A DNA stretch of 64,000 nt from Phaeosaccion multiseriatum. Lineage: Eukaryota; Protista; Ochrophyta, other classes. The DNA lies in NCBI GenBank assembly GCA_965112735.1, contig OZ218965.1, positions 62,001 through 126,000 of the forward strand, written 5' to 3'. Below, one piece after another: positions 26,470 through 38,690 of this stretch. How positions within the stretch are numbered: position 1 is the first letter of the stretch; each line of letters starts with the position of its first letter. The notes beneath the pieces were generated by a model. That model was not told the DNA's origin and ran no database searches. It saw only the letters and a program-made list of their open reading frames with translations. The position numbers were made by a program, and so were the translations under genes.

Positions 26470-27168
26470 CGGCGGCTTATCCTCCTCCTCATCCTCCTCA
26501 TCCCCTCCTCCCCTTCGAGGGGCCGTTCCCAAATCGCTGGGGTCCGATGGCGGTGTAACCACCCCGGAGCCGTGGGCAAGGGGACTGAGGACCAGGCTGG
26601 CAGGGGCAGGCTCGGTTCAGACCTCTGCTCAAGGAGTGGCGGGGGTGACGGTTACAGCCCTGGGGGGGAAGACAAAGACGCTTGACAAGACCAAGAGTAA
26701 AGTGTGGGGAGGCGCCTTCAAGGCCAAGGCTAAGGGGGGTCTTAGGGACGGACTTACGGAGCTCAAGTCCTTGAACCCCGGGGGCCGCCTGTCACTGTTG
26801 AACAGCAAGTTTCCTGGGGGGCAGTTCCCCAGTGGGCGGCTGTCGTTGCGCTCTGTGTCTGCGTCCCTGATGCGGCGTAATGTGGCCTTGGAGCTCTCCT
26901 TCGACTTTATGATGAGCGAAGAGGGGTGAGTCAGCAGGGATGATGGGCATGGCGAGCGTGGATGGCAGTGGATGTGGGGGCGACCTTGTCTCTCTTGACG
27001 ATGCGATGCCTGCTGTGCTGTGTCTGTCCTCTCCTCTGCCTGTCTTTCCTTGTCGAGAAGCGTGTATCGGGCTATCGCCCTACCCCACCCTACCTTTGTC
27101 TAATTCTCTCGGAACCTCCCTTGCGCAACCCGTGTGTGTGTGTGGTGCATGTGTGTGTGCGCGTGTGC

Positions 27169-27203
<35 letters not shown>

Positions 27204-28174
27204 CGATCTATCCGTCTATCCGTTTCTCCGTCTGTGTAGGGCCTTTCTGCGCGACCTGATGGTGTTCCAACTGGAGAGGGGCCTCTCTCTGACGTTTGAC
27301 CGCTCGCTGGACGCGCTGGAGACAAGGCTGCTGCCCACCAACTTCGGCTTGCCCACACAGGTCAGTCAGTCAGTCAGTGTCAGGCTGGTGCACATGGGCG
27401 GGGGGGGGGGAGGCGCCATGCTCCCTTCCTCTTCTCTCCCCTCCCTCCCTGTCCCCCTCCCCTTGCCCTCTCTCTCTGCCTCTCTCTCTCTTTCTCTCCC
27501 TTTCTCACTCGCTCACTCCCTTCCTTCCCTTCCTCCCACCCCCCCCCCCTGATGCCCCTTCAGGAGGAGGTGGACATGTGTGAGCTAACTCGTTGCCAGA
27601 GCACCACCCCGGCGGGCAGGGAATCCGAGAGGCGCCTCCGCAGGCTGCTCTTCAAGTGAGTCACCCCCCACTCCACCCACAGTCCAGCCACAGTCCAGCC
27701 ACAGTCCAGCCACAGTCCAGCCACAGTCCACCCACAGTCCACCCACAGTCCACCCTCAGTCCAGCACCGTTCACTGTCTCACCCTCACCCTCACTCCACG
27801 CCCCGCCTTGATTGAGACTGACCACAGCCTCCCCCCCGCCATCCACTGCCATCCCCCGCCTTGATTGAGACTGACCATACCCTCCCCCCCGCCATCCACT
27901 GCCATCCCCCTCCTCCCCTCTTAGACCACAGCGTATTCTGCGGCAACCGGCGCTGGCCTTCCGCGTGCTGCCGCTGATGACTTCCATGCTCTCCCGCGTG
28001 CTGGCGAAGGTCAGCAAGCACGTGTTCCAGCGGCTTGTGGGAGATGCGCAGGTACCGCTCAAGACGTGGAGGAGGAGGAGGAGGATGAGGAAGAGCAAGG
28101 AGCAGGAGAGGAAGAGCGCCGAGGAGCAGAGGAGGTTGGAGCCGCTGGTGGGGGGGGTGTTGGGGGTGTCGTGA
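17867..28174 (+). CDS. ABC1/UbiB-family atypical kinase (ABC1K), probably plastid-targeted, with long low-complexity extensions
   Basis: Motifs LGPAFIKLAQ, RPDL, LQD, PVAAASLGQVYKA, AVKVQRP, EEINYETE, VITTEWVDG, HSDPHGGNLL, LDFGL and VPPYF...LEGLA, spread over roughly 20 exons. A possible signal peptide starts at ATG 17924. Terminal exons are less certain. Confidence 0.88.
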
Positions 28175-28649
28175 GTGACGAGAGAGAGGGAGGGGGTAGG
28201 CTGGAGTGGATGGCAGTAGATGGCAATAGATGGGGAGGGGCAGAGAGGTCTCTCTCTCTCTCCCTCTCTCACACACATTGCTGACGCACTCGCCACTTAC
28301 TGACTTACTGGCTATATAAAGACGATGGTAGGGGGACACGGCACCAAAGGGTACCGAAGGGGGGGTTGACTTAGAGGAGTCAACCGAAGAATTAGGGGGG
28401 GGTAGAATGTAGAATAGACGGGGGGGGGGGTGTGGGGTGAATGATAGAGATGGGTGGGTGGGTGGAAGACACCATTTTAGTTTTAATGAAGAGGACAAGC
28501 GCTTGGAGTTTTTCACCGAGACCTCGTCGACCAAGGCGAGGGATGGCAGATGGATGGCAGTGGATGGGGCGCACCCAGCGAAGGGGTTAGGGTCCTCGGG
28601 CAGGGGGCGGCGGGGGGAGCGCTGCAGAGCTGCAGAGGTGTCGGTCGTC

Positions 28650-29084
28650 CTGTCTCGGTATCGATATCTGCACAGGCTGTCTGTCTCGGTATCGATATCT
28701 GCACAGGCTGTCTGTCTCGGTATCGATATCTGCACAGGCTGTCTGTCTCGGTATCGATATCTGCACAGGCTGTCTGTCTCGGTATCGATATCTGCACAGG
28801 CTGTCTGTCTCGGTATCGATATCTAGTACACAGGGCTGTCTGTCTCGATATCGATATCTGCACAGGCTGTCTGTCTCGGTATCGATATCTGCACAGGCTG
28901 TCTGTCTCGGTATCGATATCTGCACAGGCTGTCTGTCTCGGTATCGATATCTGCACAGGCTGTCTGTCTCGGTATCGATATCTGCACAGGCTGTCTGTCT
29001 CGGTATCGATACCTGCACAGGCTGTCTGTCTCGGTATCGATACCTGCACACAGGCCGTCTATCTCGGTATCGATATCTGCACAG
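28650..29084. repeat. Minisatellite, ~14 x 31 bp (CTGTCTCGGTATCGATATCTGCACAGGCTGT)
   Basis: Near-identical head-to-tail units with no spacers and an internal palindrome TATCGATA/GATATC. Confidence 0.95.
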
Positions 29085-29367
29085 GCATATCGGGGTTGTG
29101 TTGGCGGTGTGGCATGGGGGCTCACAGTGTTGAGTGACACGTCAATCGAGGCTGTGTCATACGAGGGAGATATTTGGAGGGGATGAGCCCGGCCAAGCTC
29201 ACGACATTCATTGCGGAAGGCGACAAAACGACAAAATATGTCCAGGAGCAGCATGTCAGGCCCGGTGGTGTCGTGCTTCTGTGATGAAGGATGAACAAGA
29301 GAGGAAGATTAGATTCGAAGAATTTCACATCACGCACACGACCACTGCAGTAGTGTTGATGATTGCC

Positions 29368-29581
29368 AGCCTAATGAAGAGCAGGAGGATGTCAGTGTAG
29401 TTAGCGCCCAGCGCTGACCTTGTTGGAAGCCTCAGCTGGAATGCTAGTCAGTCAGTCAGTCAGTCAGTCAGTCAGTCAGTCAGTCAGTAGCCTAATGAAG
29501 AGCAGGAGGATGTCAGTATAGTTAGCGCCCAGCGCTGACCTTGTTGGAAGCCTCAGCTGGAATGCTAGTCCGTCCGTCCGT

Positions 29582-29638
<57 letters not shown>

Positions 29639-29888
29639 AGTCAGTCAGTCAGTCAGTCAGTCAGTCAGTCAGTCAGTCAGTCAGTCAGTCAGTCAGTCAG
29701 TCAGTCAGTCAGTCAGTCAGTCAGTCAGTCAGTCAGTCAGTCAGTCAGTCAGTCAGTCAGTCAGTCAGTCAGTCAGTCAGTGAGTCAGTCAGTCAGTCAG
29801 TCAGTCAGTCAGTCAGTCAGTCAGTCAGTCAGTCAGTCAGTCAGTCAGTCAGTCAGTCAGTCAGTCAGTCAGTCAGTCAGTCAGTCAG
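29368..29888. repeat. Two copies of an ~80-bp unit, each followed by a (TCAG)n tract (second tract ~320 bp)
   Basis: AGCCTAATGAAGAGCAGG...GGAATGCTAGTC at ~29368 and ~29489. Confidence 0.9.
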
Positions 29889-30450
29889 CGATGCAGCAAG
29901 GAGAGGAGAGGAAAGCGTGCCGTGCTTGGCAGCTGACCAAGCGCCGCTGGCACCACCGCTGGCACCACCCAAGGGTACTGGAAGGAAACAACATCATTTC
30001 TTTTTCTCATTTGAAATTTAATTAATATTAATATTCTAATGAAGTACCCTTCCACAAGGGGAATTGTAGACAACAAGAGAGAGAAAGAAAAAAGAAAAGA
30101 AATTATACGTCGTCCTTTCAAGAATTTTTGCTCCTTTGATGGAATCATCCGCTCCTTCCTCTAAAACGTATGTAGCTGTACACTGTACACAACCACCCTT
30201 GCGTATATAAGCTGCTAAAGGTAAGATATAATCTTCAGTAAGGTCTAGTGATATGTGCAAAACAAAGATATCAAACAAAACCCTTCATACACTCCTTCAC
30301 CCAGTCACTTGGTCGTCGAAGGTTGAGGTCAGGTGAGGTCAGCCCACGTCAAGTCAAGTCAAGTCAAGCCATCACAACATGCGCCTCTCGCTCACTCCAC
30401 ACTTTCGCAGGGCCGTCGGATAGCTATCACCTCACTCCTCCCCTCAACGC

Positions 30451-33400
30451 CTATGTGCTGCAGTCGTCGAACATGCCGAAGCCACAGTACCTACAGGGCG
30501 CGTTCTCGATGCACCCGACAGGGCCCGGGCAAGTGGCGGTTTCACACGTCTGCCCTCCGACGCCACAGGCTGCGATGCCGGCACACAAGTCGTCGGCCGG
30601 TGGTGTGGGACAGGCATCGTAGGTACCGAACCCGCAGTACATGCAGCTGGTCTCCGCGACACAGCCGCTCATGCCCAGGCAGCCACCAGGGACGAAGGTG
30701 CATGTCTGCTCGCCCACACCGCAGGCGGCCACTCCCTCGCACACGCCACCGCCAGTGCTGCAGCTGCCGTCGGTCCACGAGCATGCGAAGGAGGAGTCGG
30801 TCCAGCAGTTGCACGAATCAGCGTCGGTGTAGGCGCCACAGCTGTCTGCCCATCCCAGGGCGGGACAGTCCACCCCCGTGGGGGTGCTCACAGGCGGAGG
30901 GGTGGGAGTTGATGTGGGGGGAGGTGTGGGAGTGGGTGTAGGGAGAGAGGTTTCGGGGGCGTAGATGGCGTCTGTGCACAGCTCAAATGGCAGGATGGGG
31001 TCAGGGTAGTTCGCCGTGGACGCCGGCAGAGGAGACTGCAACAGCAGGAACGACGGAAGGGCAGGAAGGGGTAGGGCAGCAGCCAAGGGGAGGGTTGGCT
31101 GGGGTGAGATCGACTGTGTACGAGGGGGAAGCAGCAGCAGAAGCAGCAGAAGCAGCAGTAGCAGCAGCGAAGCTTCGAAAGGGCACACACACACGCGTGA
31201 TGGGACCCCGAGTCTGAGGTGAGAGGAAGGGGAGAGGAGTGAGCAAACTCAAACTCACGTTGGGCCCGAGCTCCACGCATGATCCAAACGAGGACTGCTG
31301 ACCAGTGCCTATTTGGTTGCCCGAGCTGATGCCAATGTCGTAGAAGGCCGCTCGGCCCCCCACATTCCATGTGCCTGAGTGAAGAGAAGAACAGCATAAG
31401 GGGGGGGGGGAGATGAAACCGAAGAGGAAAGGGAAGATTACCAACCCGCTGCTGGCTCAGAAAAACACCCCTGGGATGCCCTTCTCTGCCTCTTCCAGGG
31501 CAACAAGGGCAAGGAGAAGGCAGGCAGGCGGCGAGACAAGCTGGTAGCGCCCTCCCCACAAAACTATAGGTAGCTTAATACGTAGGCACATGTAAGAGGG
31601 CGTGCTTCTTTCCTTCTCACCTTCGAAAGCCCACAGAGCCGTGTCCGAGATTCCGATGAACACCGCTTCGGAGAAGAGGTTGAGCGTTGAGCATCCAGTC
31701 CTCGCTGTCACGCGGGCCCCGTTCTCCTGTAGGGGGAGGGCACGAGGGCAAAAGCCACAGAGAGAGAGAGAGAAGCAGTGGGGTCAGCCTCGGAGCTTTC
31801 TTTGGGTGGCTGAGACTTGCTTGCCCTCGAAGGGAGTTATAGCTATGTCTGTCCGTTACACATCACGAATGCCTTTTCCACCCGTCAGTCCCTTCACTCT
31901 CTCCCCGCCTCTCCCCGCCTCTCCCTCACTCACCCAGTCAAGGAAGAAGGCCGGCACTAGGAAGGTAGCAGCGGCTCCATTGCCGTTGAGGCTCAGGGCT
32001 GTTCCGGTTCCGTCGCCCTGGAAAGTGATGGTGGTGGAAGAGAAATCACCGCGAGCCTCGAGAGAGGCTCCTCCGTTGGCTCCGTTGCATCCTATGCCGC
32101 TTCCGATGGCGAAGGAAACGCCGTCAAACACCACGTCGAAGAGGCCTGACCCCCCGCCGCTGAAGTCAACGAGGTTGATCTGTTTGGGGGGGTGCGGGTT
32201 GGAGGCAAGTAGGGGAGGGAGGGAGCCGTACGTGAGACAAGCAAGACAGGTTCCTTTCTTTCTCCATTCGTCAGAGACGCGTGGGGGGTGGTGATGTACT
32301 GAGCTTTGGTCTGTTGAGGTGAGTTGAAGCAAGTGTGCGTGTGTGTGTATGTGTATGTGATACTTACAATGAGGGTTTCGCCCTCTTCGGCGACGGTTAC
32401 GAGCTGGCTGGTGCCGTCGCCGCAGATGAGGTCGGGTGCAGCAGTCCAGGTGGTGGTCAGCGTGTCGGCATCGAACTCCTCTGCGGTACAGGGAGGGGAG
32501 CGGGTGCACGCAACAGAGGTCGAATGCTTCGTATCAGCATTGGGACGATGAAGAGGGGGGTGCAAAAGTGAAGGAAAGCAATCCATCCCACCACCACCCC
32601 CCCGAGTAACTTCGCCTCACTCCTCTCTCTACGCGCAAGCCTCACTCCTCGATCACTCACTTCTCATTCCCTCGCAGGCCCTAGGAAGCTCCACCCCGTT
32701 GTATCGAAGGGAGTCTCCGTAAATGGCATCCGTGCACAGCTCGAAGGGCAGGATGGGGTTAGTGTAGGACGCGGTGGATGACGGCGTAGGCACCTGCAAA
32801 TCGGAGGAGACAGAAGGGCAGGGTAGGGGGGCAAGGCCTAGGGGTGAGATCAATATTGCACTCCACAAGAGGGTGTAGGAGTGCAAGCCAGAGCTGCAGC
32901 AGTGGGGACGCGGAGGGCGAATAAACGGAAAGCAGCAGCACCAGCAGCACAACACACAACAAAAGACATACACGCACGGTGGGGGACCTCGAGTCGAGAA
33001 GAAAGAGAGGGGAGAGGCAGGCAGGGGAGTAAAAGAAGATAAATACGGGAGCAATGGCACAGCCACAGCCACACTTACACCGGGGCCGAGCTCCACGCAT
33101 GTTCCAAACCGAGACTGCTGCCCGGTGCCTATCTGATTGGCCGGTCTGCCGACATCGTGGAAGGCAGCTCGGCCTCGCACTTGCCAGGTGGCTGGGGAAG
33201 GGGAGGGGGTAGAGGTAGAGTTTGCATTTGCTTCGAACGTGAGCAAGCAACGACAAAAAACAACAATTCATTGGCCCAGCCAGCCACCCCACCCGCAAGG
33301 CCATACACACACAGAGCCCACTTGTTGTTCCGCCTTCCTCAAAACCACATACACACAGTCCCAGTTCTCTGCTGCTCACTTTCAAAAGCAAACAGTCCCG

Positions 33401-34462
33401 TGCCCGTGATTCCGGTGAAGATGGCATCGGACGCGAAGGTGAGCCTGGTGGGGCATGAGGACTGAGCCTGCGCATTGGCTCCATTTCGCTGCAAAGAGAA
33501 GAGCGGACGGTGCCCACAAAGCAAAGCGGGCAGGCACGATAGGACGGGCAGACAAGGCAAGAAAGAAGGCAGACAAGCAGGTGGTGAGATAGGAAGGAAG
33601 CAGACAAAGCAAGGAAGCTGACAAGCAGGTGGTGAGGTAGGAAGGAAGCAGACAAGCGGTGCGTTGGCCAGCAAAGGACTGCTGGGGCTTTGCTGTTGTT
33701 GCTTAGACAACTCACCCAGTCGTTGAAAAAAGCCGGCACCCTGATGTCCACGTCGGCACCGTTGCCTCTGAGAGTCAGTGCTGTTCCACTCCCACTGCCG
33801 TTGAACGTGACCGACCCCTCCGCCGCATCACCGTTGATGTCCAAGGAGGCTCCCCCGGAGCAGGAGGATGTAGCGTAGCTGCCGACAGAGAAGGTTACGC
33901 CATCGAAGACGACGTCGTAGGTGCCAACATCGATCTGTGGTTGTTTGGTTGGGGAAGGGTGGGGGGGAGGGGTACGAGACGGGTCGAGCATCAGAGCCCG
34001 AGACGTCAGGCAATGAAAGTCTTTCTTCATCCCTCCAGGCCTACTTACAATCAAGGATTGGCCCTCGTCCGTGACGGAGACGGCCTCGCCGCTGCCACAG
34101 GTGAGGGATGAGGAAGCGGTCCAGGTGGTGGTGTCGCTGTCCGCATCGTATGATGCTGTCATGGAGGGGGTGGAAGAGGTGTGTGTGGTCAGAGGACGAA
34201 GTTAAATAAAAGACCAGGTTGCTGCCTCTATATGCAGCGAGCGAGAAGCCATGAAGGGAATAAAAGGCCGAAGGCTGAGCCTGTGCAGGTTCAGACCCAA
34301 AAGCAAAATTCCAAAGTGGATCCTGCTGTTCTCTTCCTTTCTCGAAGGGAACTCACTCGTGAAGCCCGCGCAATTTGTGGGAAGTGGTATTTCCGCTGCC
34401 AATGACCTCGCTGTAGCACTTCCGAGGAGCAGCACGCTCACAAGCCCAACTCGCGGCCCCAT
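30451..34462 (-). CDS. Secreted/cell-surface protein: signal peptide, two ~200-aa tandem domains, P/T linker, Cys-rich C-terminal repeats
   Basis: N-terminus MGPRVGLVSVLLLGSATARS. Duplicated exon sets contain DAD..TTTWTA, DVVFDGV.F, VPAFF.DW, GRAAF.D.G...NQIGTGQQS.FG.CVELGP and PILPFELCTDAIY. Tail has two C.YCGFG..D.C units. TAG at 30451. Confidence 0.75.
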
Positions 34463-34959
34463 CCCTTTCACCTTTTACTGTTCTTTTGCGGTGGGCTGGC
34501 GTTCTCTTGACCGCTCGCAAAAGGGGTTGTGATTGATGTGTCTGCCTTGCGTCGGCCTCGCGAGAACAACGAGAGTTCAGCGCACCAGCAGTTCAGTGGC
34601 GGTAGCGAAATTTGCGGAGGACCAGCTTTAGCTAACTCCAAATCTTTAATTTTATTCCGTGGAAGTGGTGTGTTAAGTGCCATCTATGATTTTCTAAAAG
34701 TAAAGTATCCCTCTGACTCCCCACAATTAAAAAGGAATAGTATACTAGCGATATTCATTAGAGACTTACGTCACGAACTCACCAACTCCTCCGCCTTGCT
34801 CTCATCCATCCCCTCCCACCACTTCCATCTTTCTTCTCCCTTCCCCCCCATAGCTACCCCCCTCCCTGCCTCCTCCCCCTCCTGTCCCACCCTTCTCCCT
34901 CAATGCTCAATGCTCAATCCACTGTCGCACCCCGCGCCCCCCCCACAGCTACACGCAAC

Positions 34960-35868
34960 ATACACAGGGAGACTTCGAGTGGATGTCGTAGCTACAAAGA
35001 GCGACTTCGGAAAGGAAGTTGATGTGTGCCGAGCGAGCAGCGCTCCCCTCGGACTCCCAAGCAAGGCATGATTAAGCGGGGGGACAAGGTGGCCATCATG
35101 CCTAGCTACAACCGGGTGGAGTGGGGCATCCTGGCCTGCGCTACCTACAGCTTGAGGGCTGCTTTCATTCCCCCCTTCCCAGTACAAAAAGAAGTAGGCT
35201 TGTGCCAAGCAAGGCTCTCTTTGTGCCGTGGTCTCGGAGAACATTTACCATCAGACGTTTCACTTCCTGGGGGTGTAGGGCAAGCTGGAGAGTGTGTGGT
35301 GCCTCGACACGAGCCCGACAGGTGAGGAAAGGGGATGAGTGAGTGACGGAGGGAGGGAGGGAGGGGTCTGAGGAAGGGGAGCGACGAGCGAGGAGGGGGG
35401 TGAGTGAGGGAAGGAGGGAGGGAGGAAGAGAGGGAGTGGAGAGAGTGGGTGGTGGGTGGAGGGGAGAGAGTGGGTGGGTGGGTGGAGTGAGTGCGTGAGT
35501 GGGTGAGTGAGTGGTGTGGCTAGCTGGCTGGGTGGAGGTGAGGTGAGTGAGTGATTGGGGGAATGGAGCGGGTGGGTGGGTAAGTGAGTGAGTGAGTGGG
35601 TGGGTGGAGTGGGCAAGTTCGATTCGCGCCACAGGATCCCTCCTTCCTTCCCTCTTGCCTTCTCTCTGACCTTCCTCCTGTCCTTTCCCCTTTCTCCTCC
35701 CTCCCCACCCCCCCGCCTTGAAGCCCCATGCATGCATTGTCAAGCAGTGTCAAGCAGTGTCAAGCAGCTCATGCCCACGACTGCTGCCGAGCAGGACCCG
35801 TCCCTCCCTTTCTGCCCCACCCGGAAGTCATCGCCACCCTCATCTACTACACCTCAGGCATCACAAGG
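34960..35868 (+). pseudogene. Degraded AMP-binding long-chain acyl-CoA synthetase fragment
   Basis: Pieces DFGKEVDVCRA, IKRGDKVAIMPSYNRVEWGILACATYSLRAAF and EVIATLIYYTSGIT (corrupted YTSGTTG loop) lie in shifting frames with stops. No C-terminal half seen. Confidence 0.6.
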
Positions 35869-37226
35869 TCAGTTGTGAGGTCAGCAGAGGTTGGCAGGTT
35901 TGTTGGTTTGCTGGATTTAGTGCTCAGCCCTGACCTGCACACCTCCCTACCCCCCTCACTCACTCACTCACTCACCATCCCTCCCGCCCCTCCGTCTCTT
36001 CCTCCTACCCTCCTTCCCTCTCTCCCTTCCTTCCTCCTTTCCCACCACCCGAGCAAACACCCATTGACATACTGCACCTACTGCTCTGTACTCGGTACCC
36101 ACCCTCTTCAAGAAGATCTGCGACGGCATTCACGCGAAGGTACTTGGAGGGGGTAGGGGCGAAGGAGGGAAGGAGGGCGAGGGAAGAGTAATGAAGGAGA
36201 GGGAGGGAAGGAAAGCAAGGGGAGGAGGCATAGGGAGAGAGGTAGAGTGGAGAAGTGGGTTCATGTTCGGCCGTGTGTGGCTCTTCCGCGACCCTAGCAA
36301 ACGACACCATCATTATAAGCGCACTTTTTTCCCTCCTCCTGTCTGTTTGTGAGCAGCGGTGTGCTCGTAGTTCCCAAGTGGCATGATTGACTGCAAGTTG
36401 CAGGCCATGTCATGACATCACAGTGTGATCGCGAAGCAACTCGCGTCCGCAGAACATGAAGTGAGTATGATACTCTCACCCATACGTATGCCCGAGGAAG
36501 GTTCTAGCCATGGTTCGCCGGAATCTCACAGTTGGCTTGGTTCTTCCAACAACCGCCGCTGAAGCCTTGTCCTCACCACATCGCAAAAGCATGAAGCACG
36601 GATAGTTTGAGTGTCTGTGTAGTGTACCATCAAGATTGGACCTCACATATATCGATTCCATTTACAGCATGGTACTCGATAATTGATAACATCACAATAA
36701 CACAAAAACTGAAAACTGACCGGACCTGCCCACAGGGAAAGGCCAGCTTGTGGCCAGCTTGTGGAAGGGGATTTAATACAGAGAAGGGCCAGCTTGTGGT
36801 GCACAGCTTGTGGTGTGGAAGGGGATTTAATGCTTAGTTCTTATATAAAAAATAGCCTGGCGGGCAAGGCCGGGAGCACTCAAGTGAAACTCAAAGTCCC
36901 CAGATCAAGATCCAAGGGTTAATGATACAGCAGGAGCAGCAGCAGCCGCCCCTCCCCTGTGCCCTGGACACCTCCGAGTACGATAACCGAAGACCCTCCG
37001 TTTGTCCGTTTGGCACCCGCGCACCCATGAAGGCAAAAACAAAGCCTTCAAGAGTCGTAAAGTAAACCCCCCCCTCCCCCCCCACTGTCAAGTAAAACCG
37101 GTGCATGGAATGAACAACGCCAAAACTGCAAAATTGTGAGAGCCAAAAGCTCGCTAGGGCGGGTGCGTGGGTTGCGGCAGTGTGCAAGATACAAAACACA
37201 CACTTGTAACCGTCATTCTCCCCTGC

Positions 37227-38690
37227 TCACTCCATCGCCACTCCTTGTGCGTCCTCCTCACCCCCCGCCGGCCCCTCCTCCACGTTGTTCGGCTGCTGTG
37301 CCACCACTTGCTGCTCCTCTTCCTCCTCCTCCTCCTCCTCCTCCTCCTCCTCCTCCTCCTCCGGCAGCGGGCACCCGTTCTCTTCCAACCACGTCTGCAC
37401 GTGCGTGTGCCCCTCCTGCCGCGCCTCGACCACCGCATCTGCGTCCCAGGCACACCCGTTTGTCCTCGCCCACTGCACCACACCCAGATGCCCTGCCCCC
37501 GCCGCGGCAGAGCACACGTCAGCACTCCAGGGGCAGGCCTTGGCCCGGGCGAACTTCAGCACCGAGAGGTGGCCCGCCTCCGCCGCTCGGACACACGTGC
37601 TCTCGTCCCACGGGCAGCCTGCTTCAAAGAGCCACTTTACCAGGCGGAGGTGGCCTCCATAGGCAGCCATCCACATGGTTTGGTGCGACCACGGCAGGCT
37701 CCTTCCCTCCTCACGCGCCCACTGAGCCACCTTGAGCTGCCCGCAGGCCGCAGCGTTGTCGCAGCAGGCAGCGCTGTCGAAGGGCGCGCCGTTCCCTCGA
37801 GCCCACTCGAGCACATGCACGTGCCCCCCTCGGATGGCCGCCTGCGTGGTCTCCATGTCCCACGGGCACTCCTTGTTCACTCTGAGCCACTGCAGCACGG
37901 CCAAGTGGCCTCCCTCCGCGGCGCAGCGGGCGGTGGTGGCGCTGACGTCTCTCCCTCCCACCCCCTGCGCGTACTGCAGGCAAGGAAGCTTGCCGTGAAG
38001 GGCTGCGGCGTTGACGGCGGCATCGCTCACAGAGTGTCCGTGCGTGTGCAGCCATGTCAGCGTGTCCAGGTTGCCCCTCTCGGCCGCCGCCACGGTCAAG
38101 TCGGTCTTGTTGTTGCGCTGGTCCTTGCCTTCGCGCTCCATCAGCCACTCCAGCACCGCGGGAGTGCCCAGAGCAGCGGCAGCTCTTAGCACTGCTGCTA
38201 CTCGCACCCCCTCTCCCTCGTCCGCCTCGAGCTCTTTCGGCGCCCACCCCATGGACCGAGCGAAGCACAGGCAGCTAACCGAGCTAAGCACAGCTCGCGT
38301 AGAGGTGCTGGTGCTCCAGGAAGGGCCCGCTCCCCCCCCCCCCTCCTCTTCTTCTTCTTGCTCTTGTTCTTGCTCTTGTTCCTCCTCTTCCTCCTCCCCC
38401 TGCTCCTCCCTGTCGAAGGCGAGCTGCAGAGTCGGCCTGTTGGGCCTCGTGTTCGCGGTCATAAAGACCAGCTGCTTGGCGGCGGTCCGGAAGGCCTGGC
38501 TCACACTCGCCACGAACACGTAGTTCGAGTCCAAGCCGAACTCGAGGCAGTGACAGAGCAGCCCCGGTGTCTCCATCAGCTTTAAGAAACTGATGCTGCG
38601 TGTGCTTTTCGCGGAGCTGCAGCGCGTGCTGCCGCTGCCACTCCTACTGCTCTCGGTCTTGGTGTAGCTCATGTCGTTCCCGTGGCTCAT
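37227..38690 (-). CDS. Intronless ankyrin-repeat protein (GCPWD-type repeats), 487 aa
   Basis: Repeats such as AAEGGHLAVLQWLR..ECPWD, AAYGGHLRLVKWLFEAGCPWDESTC and ARTNGCAWD. F-box-like YVFVASVSQAFR near the N-terminus. Confidence 0.9.
   Translation of the reverse strand: MSHGNDMSYTKTESSRSGSGSTRCSSAKSTRSISFLKLMETPGLLCHCLEFGLDSNYVFVASVSQAFRTAAKQLVFMTANTRPNRPTLQLAFDREEQGEEEEEEQEQEQEQEEEEEGGGGAGPSWSTSTSTRAVLSSVSCLCFARSMGWAPKELEADEGEGVRVAAVLRAAAALGTPAVLEWLMEREGKDQRNNKTDLTVAAAERGNLDTLTWLHTHGHSVSDAAVNAAALHGKLPCLQYAQGVGGRDVSATTARCAAEGGHLAVLQWLRVNKECPWDMETTQAAIRGGHVHVLEWARGNGAPFDSAACCDNAAACGQLKVAQWAREEGRSLPWSHQTMWMAAYGGHLRLVKWLFEAGCPWDESTCVRAAEAGHLSVLKFARAKACPWSADVCSAAAGAGHLGVVQWARTNGCAWDADAVVEARQEGHTHVQTWLEENGCPLPEEEEEEEEEEEEEEEEQQVVAQQPNNVEEGPAGGEEDAQGVAME

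Noticed and set aside
28650-29084. CRISPR-like array (31-bp palindromic repeat)
   Set aside because: Units are head-to-tail with no unique spacers, there are no cas genes, and the context is eukaryotic. The same applies to the 52-bp and 46-bp arrays.
30036-30278. AT-rich 80-aa ORF, and short ORFs at 36294-36661 and 54530-54983
   Set aside because: No recognisable motifs or splice structure. They cannot be supported as genes or TE fragments.
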